Source: an uncultured Candidatus Bathyarchaeia archaeon
GTDB lineage: Archaea; Thermoproteota; Bathyarchaeia; Bathyarchaeales; Bathyarchaeaceae
Reading direction: 5' to 3'
Length of the DNA stretch: 64,000 nt
NCBI GenBank assembly: GCA_964510635.1
Contig: CAZEBS010000004.1
Span: 1,813 to 65,812 of the forward strand
The notes beneath the pieces were generated by a model. It saw nothing but the letters and a program-made list of their open reading frames with translations. It was not told where the DNA came from and ran no database searches. A program made the position numbers and the translations under genes. Every line of letters starts with the position of its first letter. Within the stretch, counting starts at the first letter, position 1. Below are positions 57,075 through 64,000 of this stretch, one piece after another.

Positions 57075-57347
57075 GTGCCAGAGGATAACACAATCTATGT
57101 TGGAACAAAACCTGTAATGAGCTACGTTATGGCAGTGATTACACACTTCAATTCAGCTGACGTCAAAGAAGTTTCTTTGAAGGCTCGGGGACGTGCAATC
57201 ACGACAGCTGTTGACACTGCTGAAATAGTTCGCCGCAAGTTCCTGAAAGACCTGAAAGCCGACAAAATCACCATAGGAACCGAAGAGCTGCAGCGAGAAG
57301 ATGGAACAAAAAACGTTTCAACAATCGAGATAAGCCTGAAGCGCTGA
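57075..57347 (+). CDS. albA: DNA/RNA-binding protein Alba
   Basis: [15 protein letters not shown]...[30 protein letters not shown] precedes the GTG start. Confidence 0.9.
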   Translation: MPEDNTIYVGTKPVMSYVMAVITHFNSADVKEVSLKARGRAITTAVDTAEIVRRKFLKDLKADKITIGTEELQREDGTKNVSTIEISLKR

Positions 57348-57384
57348 GAATTCGGCAGCTTCAACTTGAACTTGGCAAACCCCG

Positions 57385-57404
57385 TTTTTTCTTTTCTCTT
57401 TTTC
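57385..57404. terminator. T-rich tract between convergent alba and DUF2095 genes
   Basis: cccgTTTTTTcTTTTcTcTTTTTc lies between the two stop codons at 57347 and 57409. Confidence 0.3.
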
Positions 57405-57408
57405 TGGT

Positions 57409-57753
57409 TTAGAATCCGTCTTGTTTTAGGTAGTAGTCGTCTTCTTTTTTTGACCCAAAGCTTCTGACGCCTTTGTTCTTCAGCTGTTTTCTGAGTTTTG
57501 TGGCATATTCACAGCTTATCTCTTTCCTCTTCTCCATGTAATCGATTATCTCTTCCGCCTGCTCCGCCTTGTCACACCTGCGGAGAAAATCAATCACATC
57601 TGGTGTGTAATCAACAAATTTTTTTGAGACCGCTTTTTCGCCAGTAGTTGGGTCGGAACGCACAGAGTTGATTTTTGTTCCGCAGTTTCCGTTCTCCAGT
57701 TCTTGAGCCAAGTTCGGAAACATTCTTCGAAACCTTTTCTTTTCAACATCCAT
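57409..57753 (-). CDS. DUF2095-like archaeal protein
   Basis: MDVEKKRFRRMFPNLAQEL...YTPDVIDFLRRC...VRSFGSKKEDDYY resembles the conserved archaeal DUF2095 pattern. ATG at 57753. Confidence 0.55.
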   Translation of the reverse strand: MDVEKKRFRRMFPNLAQELENGNCGTKINSVRSDPTTGEKAVSKKFVDYTPDVIDFLRRCDKAEQAEEIIDYMEKRKEISCEYATKLRKQLKNKGVRSFGSKKEDDYYLKQDGF

Positions 57754-57875
57754 TTCTAAGCGTTCTCCTTTCACTGTCTATTGTTTCTGCTGAGCGGGTT
57801 TCTCCTTACTATATTTTCCTTTGAACAGTCATCTATTTAAATTATGATTAGCCGCTTTTCCCAGAAAACGTCAGT

Positions 57876-58496
57876 TTATGTTGGCACAAACTTCTGAAGG
57901 GGATTTTCCTTGAGGACTTTTGTGAGTTGATTTAGGCTCAGTCCTGTTTTAATGTCTCCATATGTTTCACATCTTTCTTGTTTCCCCAAACTGCTGAGGC
58001 TTCGAACAACAACCTCCGCCTCGTCTCCAGACGGAAAAGAGATGTGAATGTGAAAAGATGACTCTTTTTCTCCCTCTTTGGTTACTGAAAGCCGCTCCGA
58101 ACGGGAAACCTCGAAATTTTGTTTCTGAATCTGCCTTAAAACCTGAAGATGATCTTGGGAAAATGCGATTATATCTATGTCGCTGCCTTGGCGGGCTGTT
58201 CCTCTCCAAACGCTTCCTACAAGACGCGGACTAAACTCTTCAAGTGCCTCCATTATTTCTTTGGCTTCTTTTCGCATTCGCAGAAGCCGCTCCTTTCTTT
58301 GTGTGCCCTCCCGCTCTTCTGCTATTTGGTCCAGTTCATCTGCAACCTCATGATTGCTGGGAAGAACTCTGGCGCCCAGTGTTTCTGCGGCTCTTTTTTT
58401 GGCTTGTTTGTACTCTTTTTCTTGAGATGTATAGAGGAGCAATGCAGCTTCTTGGGCAACCCTGTTTCTCAGCAATTTTGTGCGGTTGCCCTTCAA
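57876..58496 (-). CDS. Pol-beta-superfamily nucleotidyltransferase domain protein
   Basis: LVGSVWRGTARQGSDIDIIAF (GS...DxD) after a helical K/E-rich N-terminus. Confidence 0.6.
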   Translation of the reverse strand: MKGNRTKLLRNRVAQEAALLLYTSQEKEYKQAKKRAAETLGARVLPSNHEVADELDQIAEEREGTQRKERLLRMRKEAKEIMEALEEFSPRLVGSVWRGTARQGSDIDIIAFSQDHLQVLRQIQKQNFEVSRSERLSVTKEGEKESSFHIHISFPSGDEAEVVVRSLSSLGKQERCETYGDIKTGLSLNQLTKVLKENPLQKFVPT

Positions 58497-58551
58497 AACA
58501 ATCCCTCAAAACATTACGTGTGGAAGTAACTTTTGGATGTTGTTGTCTGTT

Positions 58552-59793
58552 TTATCCTGTGTAATTCCAGTAATAAATCTCTTGATACACGCCTTCTAAC
58601 GGAAAGTTTGGACCATCATAAACAATGTCTAAGGAATAGCTGTACTGGACAAGCAGTTTGTGGTATAAAGTCCAGATTTGCTGTGACAGTTCGTCTGGTC
58701 CCCAATATCCCCACATTCTGTCATCTAGGCGCCGCATACCCCACCCATAATTCTCAGGAAGAACTAAGGCGGCTTGAGCCGTAATTTTTCCATACTCTTC
58801 GGGATGATGTTGCATGTAATTCCAGAATTTCTGCATCGCCTCAAAGTGCTCATCTGTCAGTATGCCGTAAGGGTTGCCCGGAGGGTCTGTAGGGTAGTTA
58901 AAGATAATTATGTAGTCTGCTCCTGCCTCGTATGAAACTAGCATATCATAGAGCATTTCTGGTCCCGTCTTGTATGTTCCACTGTTAGTTTCTGGGTTTC
59001 GGTCCCTCCATACGATGATTGTGCCCCAGTCTTTCTGCTGAACGTTCGCTGCGCCTCTGCAAAGCCCGATGTGTTTCTGTAAATTGTGGTCCCATCCAAG
59101 TTCAACGAAGATTGTGTCGTAGCCTGCAAGGTAATCAAACCAGTATAGCGCATAATCAGCCGTGAAAGATGTGATCGAGCGGTCAATTATCTCGTTGAGT
59201 TGCATATGAACTAAGAGATACTCAACATACCTTTTTTTCGCTTCTTCGTAATCTCGGGTAACTGTCTGGTCGGCGGTTTCTTGGATATACTCTTCTATTG
59301 TTTGATAAAATTCTGGAAAAAGTTCTTCGACGCGGTGAAAAAAACTTGTCCAGTTAGAGTCAGTTTGAATTCCACCCGGCTCGTCAAAGAAGTAAATGCC
59401 CAAGAAATCTTCACTCCATCGATTCTTAGCATAGTCGAGCCATGGAATCTGCCATGGATAATCAGGGTCAAACCAGCCAAAAAACACGATAACATCTAAG
59501 CCGGCGTCAACAGCATAATCGCAGACTTCGTTTGTGGCTGTTTCATTCTTGCTTATTGGTCCTGACTGCAGCACAAACAGGTTGGTGTAGTCTTTGGTTT
59601 TGTCAATTAGCATTTTTGCCTCCGCAGCTGTGTCGCCGCAGAAAGAAATCCCGAAATAAGGCTCCACAGGATATGTTGCGCCATTTTCGGGATTGTTCGG
59701 AAGTTGGATTACCACCGTCAACATTAGAGAAACAAGTAGTATGAGGAGAAAAACCCATTTCAGGCTAGAAATTGATTTTCGTATTGAGCTCAA
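58552..59793 (-). CDS. membrane-anchored uncharacterised protein, paralog of 22155-23297
   Basis: N-terminal TM (WVFLLILLVSLMLTVVI). See the shared blocks listed for 22155-23297. Confidence 0.7.
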   Translation of the reverse strand: MSSIRKSISSLKWVFLLILLVSLMLTVVIQLPNNPENGATYPVEPYFGISFCGDTAAEAKMLIDKTKDYTNLFVLQSGPISKNETATNEVCDYAVDAGLDVIVFFGWFDPDYPWQIPWLDYAKNRWSEDFLGIYFFDEPGGIQTDSNWTSFFHRVEELFPEFYQTIEEYIQETADQTVTRDYEEAKKRYVEYLLVHMQLNEIIDRSITSFTADYALYWFDYLAGYDTIFVELGWDHNLQKHIGLCRGAANVQQKDWGTIIVWRDRNPETNSGTYKTGPEMLYDMLVSYEAGADYIIIFNYPTDPPGNPYGILTDEHFEAMQKFWNYMQHHPEEYGKITAQAALVLPENYGWGMRRLDDRMWGYWGPDELSQQIWTLYHKLLVQYSYSLDIVYDGPNFPLEGVYQEIYYWNYTG

Positions 59794-59853
59794 CTTGATA
59801 TACTAAACATCTTAGTTACTTATGTAAGTAATGATTTTCCAACCGGTTATCTG

Positions 59854-61308
59854 CTAGTTTTTTGTGAAAAAAAGCCTTGTTTGCCCCATAGTTTTAATGT
59901 CCAGTGCTTTAACCTTCACCATCACAGGAAAGTCTTTCACTGCGTTTCCGATGAGTAGGCAGTGGTGAGGCGGAAGCTCTTGGGCAATAGATTTCACGGT
60001 TTCAGCGTCCACCCTTGCAGCTTTTGACACGGTTTCGAGGTCCCGTTCGTTGGTGAAGTTGAAGAGGAAGATGCTGTCGGCTTGACGGTAGATGTTCTCT
60101 TTTATTGTGTCCGGTTGGTTAGTAACGAAGTTTGTGAATAAGCCGAAGTGCCTCATGCGGGTAACGATGTCTTCCCAGTATGTTTCCCTAAGGTAGAGGT
60201 GTGCTTCTTCAGCGAAAAGGAAAACGGATTTGATTTTCCATTGCCCCAGAAGCTTCACTAGATTCCCGAGGGTATACTCTAAGACGATTTGGCGGTCAAC
60301 CGATGAAACATCCTTCAAGTTGATGATTAGGGCTCCTCCGTCTTTCTTGGTTTTTTCGAAAAGCTTCTCAAAACTTGTTGCCATTTCGTCGTTGTCTGTG
60401 AAAAATCCCGAGTTCACTAGACTGTAATAGCGGGAGAAGAGGGCGTCCCGCACATGCATGTTGCAACTGCTTTTTCTGATGGCGTCTCCAAGGTCCTGAA
60501 GAGTAAACCTTCCTTGCTGGCATAACGATTTCCATATGTGCTTAAACTCTCGGGTTGACGTTCCGGGAAGAGCAAGAGCATGAACCAGAATCTTCAACAT
60601 GACACCCAAGTCCATTTTGGACAAGGAAACCCTGAAGTTGGCCCCGGGAGTAAGCACATGCACCCTGTCACTATACTTGTTGCCACCTCCCTTAACGGAA
60701 AGACCTAATCCAGTGTATTCGCCGTTGAGGTCAAGAACCACAACCGTAGCCTTGTAATCTACCAGACCTAAGACCAGCAACTTTGAAAGATGAGATTTTC
60801 CTGTTCCCTTCTTTCCAGTTATGATGTTCAGTCTCCCGTCAAGATCATGGGCTGTGATGTTTAACGGAGAATCATCCTTAGTTTCGCCGATGTTTATGGG
60901 AAGACCCTTGTTGATGCCCACATGTGCCAGCAACGAGTTGATGGGGATTTTTGTGATTCCTGACTTGGAGCGGGAAGGAAGCCATGATGAATTCACTCGG
61001 AGCCTGTCATTTAGCATGGTTCCTCGAATTTTGCAGATGAGCATTCGAGCGTCTTGAATGTTGTTTATGTGGGATGAGACGCCTAGAGGGTCAAAGTTGT
61101 TGCCGTAAATCTGCTCTTCGGTTGTGGAGTCGCGAAGTAGTTCTTCAAGAAGCCCTGGAACGCTGGCGAACTGGACATCGATTACTTGCGTGATCAGCTT
61201 TCTGTTAACGTTACTGTCTTCTACGAGGAGATAGTCGCCCTTTTCCACTTCGTCATTTGGAAAGCTGAGAATCTGAAGACTGCTTCCCTCCTTCTTGTAG
61301 AGCCTCAT
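59854..61308 (-). CDS. herA: HerA-like (FtsK/HerA superfamily) ATPase
   Basis: N-terminal barrel-like GDYLLVED...ITQVIDV. Walker A ITGKKGTGKSHL. Walker B VFLFAEEAHLY. NQPDTI and LIGNAV blocks near the C-terminus. Confidence 0.75.
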   Translation of the reverse strand: MRLYKKEGSSLQILSFPNDEVEKGDYLLVEDSNVNRKLITQVIDVQFASVPGLLEELLRDSTTEEQIYGNNFDPLGVSSHINNIQDARMLICKIRGTMLNDRLRVNSSWLPSRSKSGITKIPINSLLAHVGINKGLPINIGETKDDSPLNITAHDLDGRLNIITGKKGTGKSHLSKLLVLGLVDYKATVVVLDLNGEYTGLGLSVKGGGNKYSDRVHVLTPGANFRVSLSKMDLGVMLKILVHALALPGTSTREFKHIWKSLCQQGRFTLQDLGDAIRKSSCNMHVRDALFSRYYSLVNSGFFTDNDEMATSFEKLFEKTKKDGGALIINLKDVSSVDRQIVLEYTLGNLVKLLGQWKIKSVFLFAEEAHLYLRETYWEDIVTRMRHFGLFTNFVTNQPDTIKENIYRQADSIFLFNFTNERDLETVSKAARVDAETVKSIAQELPPHHCLLIGNAVKDFPVMVKVKALDIKTMGQTRLFFTKN

Positions 61309-62387
61309 TGGTATCCCTCCGCGCCTTTTCCGAAGGGCCCAAAAAGCAGCCGACGCACATTCGGTCTTGTAACTATCTTGAGTCCATACTGCTGAGCTAT
61401 GAAACGTTGGATGCCAATCACTTCAGTGGCAGTGAAGGTTGAGTATATGTGAGCCAAACGTAAAGTTTCAGGATAGCTTTGAATAAGGAGATCGCTTCCA
61501 AGAAGACTTTGAACAGCTTCTATTGCCCGTTCTCGTGGGACCTTTCTGTCAATATCTAACCTGAAAGAGCATACTCCGGGAGTTAGTTTTGCAACATAAA
61601 CGTTTCCAAGTAGGAAAACTGGACCTGACGAAATGGGAAAACCATTTATCTGAAGAAGACAAGGTGGCTCAGCTTTTTCTGCATAATCGGTTAGCTTGTG
61701 ACCGGAAAACCTTAGGGTCGTGTTCTTGGAGAAAGCCAAAACGGTACTGAGGCGATTTCTCGCTATCTCTAGGAGCCTTGCCACCTCATCTACTGGACTG
61801 TCAGCCATTCCAGCAGTCATTGAGCCGTCCCATAGGATGATGGTGCCGTAGGCTGAGCATGAGATTCCTAGCTGTAGCCAGCGTTCAAGAAGATTGCCCA
61901 TTCTGGCTTGTATGTTGGCTATGTTTGGGATTCTGTTGTCTTCTGAGATTTCGAAGTTGTGGTTTCTGAAAAGTTTGTGGATTTCTTTTTTGTTTTGTTC
62001 TGTTATGTGGAATGGGAAGGGCCCTATTCTTTGATACTTGTATCGGTTTTTTTCTTTCCAGACTATTGCTCCTCTTATTGCGCAGAGTATGCCTGTTTCG
62101 GTTTCTCCTATTCTTATGCTTGAAACGTCGACGGCGACAACTGGCTTCTCGTATTGGTTGCGTTCTAGGGAGATTGTCTTTATTGTTGAGGGGTGTTGAA
62201 TCTTCATGAATGGTGTTGCGTCTGCAACATGTTCTGTTAGGGATTGGTTGGGCTGTAGATAGCTGCTTTCTATGTTTTTCATGCTGTTTAGGCTTAGTTC
62301 TATGAATGTTTGTGGGAGTTGCAGTTCCTCTATTTGGGGTGGAAAGTTATATGTTGGTGTTGTTGTATAGTTATGTTGCCCAATCAA
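61305..62387 (-). CDS. nurA: NurA-like nuclease
   Basis: VVAVDVSS, ILWDGSM, AFSKNTTL and SYPETLRLAHIYSTFTATE resemble NurA catalytic and structural motifs. Its stop overlaps the herA ATG (ATGA at 61305-61308). Confidence 0.65.
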   Translation of the reverse strand: MIGQHNYTTTPTYNFPPQIEELQLPQTFIELSLNSMKNIESSYLQPNQSLTEHVADATPFMKIQHPSTIKTISLERNQYEKPVVAVDVSSIRIGETETGILCAIRGAIVWKEKNRYKYQRIGPFPFHITEQNKKEIHKLFRNHNFEISEDNRIPNIANIQARMGNLLERWLQLGISCSAYGTIILWDGSMTAGMADSPVDEVARLLEIARNRLSTVLAFSKNTTLRFSGHKLTDYAEKAEPPCLLQINGFPISSGPVFLLGNVYVAKLTPGVCSFRLDIDRKVPRERAIEAVQSLLGSDLLIQSYPETLRLAHIYSTFTATEVIGIQRFIAQQYGLKIVTRPNVRRLLFGPFGKGAEGYQ

Positions 62388-62482
62388 TAAGATTCACCAA
62401 TATGGAAATGATTTGCGTGCAACAATATTTAAATGTTGTGCATGTGCATCATGAACAATACAATATACAATAAGGGAGAACA

Positions 62483-62884
62483 ATGACAGAAGACACACCA
62501 CCGCCAATCCGCCTAAAGATGAAAGTAGGCAACCTAGAATTCGAAATAGAATGCCAAGAAGAACAACTAGAATCAGCAGTAAAACGAATCCTAGGAACTA
62601 TAACAGCATACTCAAAAGAACCCGCAATCATGCAAGAACGCCCCCTTCCCCCACCAAGAGCAGAAACCTGCAAAAGCCTCATACAACAGCTCTGGACAGA
62701 AGGATGGTTCGCGTCTCCTCATGGACTGGGGGAAGTCCACAGCGAAATGGCACGCAGAGGCTTCCATTACGACCGAACAGCAGTCGCCCACGCGCTGGTA
62801 GATTTGGTAAAAGAGGGCTTGTTGACAAGAGAGGGGCAGCCTCGCCGTTATCGTTATGCCCAAAAGAAACCGCCCAGAACATGA
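62483..62884 (+). CDS. hypothetical protein with a C-terminal winged-helix-like domain
   Basis: AGGGAG lies 6 nt upstream of the ATG. C-terminal RTAVAHALVDLVKEGLLTREGQPRRYRY looks like a wHTH wing. Divergent from nurA. Confidence 0.5.
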   Translation: MTEDTPPPIRLKMKVGNLEFEIECQEEQLESAVKRILGTITAYSKEPAIMQERPLPPPRAETCKSLIQQLWTEGWFASPHGLGEVHSEMARRGFHYDRTAVAHALVDLVKEGLLTREGQPRRYRYAQKKPPRT

Positions 62885-62911
62885 AGTTGAAAACGTTTTG
62901 TGTTGCGTAGG

Positions 62912-63151
62912 TTAGAGGAGCTGTTGCAGCTCTCTCCATTTCTCCAAGAATTCCCGTCCTCTCTTGGTTGCTACGTATCGGGTTGAATTGTCGTGGACTT
63001 CCAAGAGTCCCAGCGTTTGCAATTCAGAGAGATAATGCTGGAGCATCTTCCATGACAGGTTTGTTCCGTACATGACGTGTGTCTTGGTTCTCGGTTCTGA
63101 ACACAAATCGAGAATTTCTGCCATGATTTCTATACGATCTCTCTTAACCAT
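62912..63151 (-). CDS. small winged-helix DNA-binding protein (HTH_45-like)
   Basis: RDRIEIMAEILDLC...KTHVMYGTNLSWKMLQHYLSELQTLGLLE.... Confidence 0.7.
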   Translation of the reverse strand: MVKRDRIEIMAEILDLCSEPRTKTHVMYGTNLSWKMLQHYLSELQTLGLLEVHDNSTRYVATKRGREFLEKWRELQQLL

Positions 63152-63314
63152 CAGTCATCACGAGGAACAACATTCCTTTGTCATTGAAACGTTTTTAATG
63201 TATCTGTTCTGTATCCCTGTTGAACAACATTTTTTCGCTAGATAACCCTGTTTTGCATCCTTTCCAAGCACTGGAATTGCGTAAAACAACAGTTTACCAG
63301 AAACAGAAGTTGTA

Positions 63315-63458
63315 ATGGCGCCGAGGGAGGGATTTGAACCCTCGCGACCCAATGGATCACAGGCTTTCCGTAGTCGCAGGTTCCAGGCTTATGCTTCCAA
63401 AGTTGGAATCTGCTCCCTACCAGATTTCCCGCAACATGGTTGCTCTAGGAGACCTCGG
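63315..63458 (-). tRNA. tRNA-Ser(GGA) with three introns (D-loop, 29/30, 37/38) and encoded CCA
   Basis: 7-bp acceptor GCCGAGG/CCTCGGC, G73, T arm GAGGG-TTCAAAT-CCCTC, class II variable arm GATCC-ATT-GGGTC. Removing 63424-63443, 63388-63408 and 63365-63379 gives an 85-nt cloverleaf with D arm TCC-TAGTCTGGTAG-GGA, anticodon stem CAGGC/GCCTG and loop CTGGAAA. Each junction falls after the second nucleotide of a 3-nt bulge. Confidence 0.8.
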
Positions 63459-63513
63459 CACAACAGTAGAATAGCAACAGACCTGTTTTTTAGGCTTTTC
63501 GAATGGTGGGCGC

Positions 63514-64000
63514 CTACTGCTGAGTCTTGCGCCACATTTTAGGGTACATACCCCGCGGCATCATGACCCTTTTGGTTTTTGCTACAAAACCGTGGTCCAT
63601 CTTCAGCATCTTTTCAGAAGAGACAGTGGCTTCGGCTAGCGTTACAGCTTCTCCTTTCTGTGTGAACGCTGCAACTGTGTCGCCGATTTTGATTCCAGAG
63701 TCTAGTGACAGCACTCCAGGAGCGGTTAGGTGGGCTCCGTGGCAGAGGGCATCAACTGCAGAGTCTCGCACATAGATTTTCGGGATTAGCTCTAGGGCTT
63801 TTTCCATGGGGTAAACAAATTTTCTAAGAAGTTTTTCGTCTTTTGTTTCTTGCCACTGGCTAAAGAGGTAAGAAATGTCGTGTAGGGTGACCAGGCTTTC
63901 ATCTTCTGTGAAGGGGCCAACCCGTGTTCTGCGAAGCTCTTGCATGTGAGCGCCACAGCCCAGAACCTCGCCGATGTCGTAGCAGAGCTTCCGTATGTAG
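63514..64000 (-). CDS. cbf5: H/ACA RNP pseudouridine synthase Cbf5, C-terminal part with PUA domain (5' end right of the window)
   Basis: The frame is open to base 64000 (...YIRKLCYDIGEVLGCGAHMQELRRTRVGPF...), followed by a PUA-like region (IYVRDSAVDALCHGAHLTAPGV). Confidence 0.9.
   Translation of the reverse strand, partial: YIRKLCYDIGEVLGCGAHMQELRRTRVGPFTEDESLVTLHDISYLFSQWQETKDEKLLRKFVYPMEKALELIPKIYVRDSAVDALCHGAHLTAPGVLSLDSGIKIGDTVAAFTQKGEAVTLAEATVSSEKMLKMDHGFVAKTKRVMMPRGMYPKMWRKTQQ

Noticed and set aside
63315-63458. Alternative readings of the long tRNA as Trp(CCA, loop UUCCAAC) or Gln(UUG, loop CUUUGGA)
   Set aside because: - The Trp model needs an A-C mismatch at positions 31-39, or a splice with no bulge on the 3' side.
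- The Gln model leaves 6 surplus nucleotides at position 26.
- Both conflict with the class II variable-arm hairpin (GATCC-ATT-GGGTC) and with G73.
- The Ser(GGA) model gives a perfect 85-nt cloverleaf.
63158-63542. ORFs 63158-63352 (-) and 63315-63542 (+)
   Set aside because: Both run through the tRNA-Ser gene and its flanks. They have no SD sequence and no recognisable motifs.

Overview
The window is a 64-kb archaeal chromosome segment. Archaeal markers include aRF1, Alba, an Sm-like protein, ribosomal protein eS30, Cbf5, Rio2 kinase, archaeal-type UMP kinase and two tRNA genes with bulge-helix-bulge (BHB) introns. Coding density is high on both strands, and Shine-Dalgarno-like GGAGG motifs precede many starts. 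All family calls come from motifs I recognise by eye in the supplied translations; no database search was run.

Main blocks:
- 1-20.6 kb: housekeeping and cell-surface genes. These include endonuclease V, PQQ-like propeller proteins, an ArnT/PMT-type glycosyltransferase, cysS-thiI, OsmC, Rio2, LSm and adenosylhomocysteinase.
- 25.3-35.2 kb: a minus-strand cluster with livG-livF-paaK-iorA-iorB-SBP-livH-livM-paaI, plus a divergent ACT-domain gene. It couples amino-acid uptake to indolepyruvate:ferredoxin oxidoreductase. The IorA subunit carries an unusual inserted poly-ferredoxin module.
- 35.3-39.3 kb: large secreted, membrane-anchored proteins.
- 39.9-41.5 kb: a clear TPP (THI-box) riboswitch in front of thiT and a PurM/HypE-fold gene.
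- 43.2-45.6 kb: tRNA-Leu(CAA) with a canonical intron, a SAM-decarboxylase-like gene, an AT-rich restriction-endonuclease-like gene bracketed by diverged direct repeats, and rps30e.
- 46.4-57.3 kb: pyruvate kinase, valS, aRF1, a PfkB kinase, flavodoxin, superoxide reductase, an RNase J-like beta-CASP protein, a stand-alone IMP cyclohydrolase domain and Alba.
- 57.4-63.2 kb: a co-directional array ending in a translationally coupled NurA-like/HerA-like pair, flanked by winged-helix genes.
- 63.3-64.0 kb: a 141-nt tRNA gene that I resolve as tRNA-Ser(GGA) with three introns, followed by the 3' part of cbf5.

No rRNA, CRISPR array, integrase or transposase was seen. The observations most worth follow-up are the archaeal TPP riboswitch operon, the three-intron tRNA, the IorA ferredoxin insertion, the repeat-flanked endonuclease islet, the stand-alone NurA/HerA module, a putative clan-CD peptidase pair, and an uncharacterised exported paralog family.
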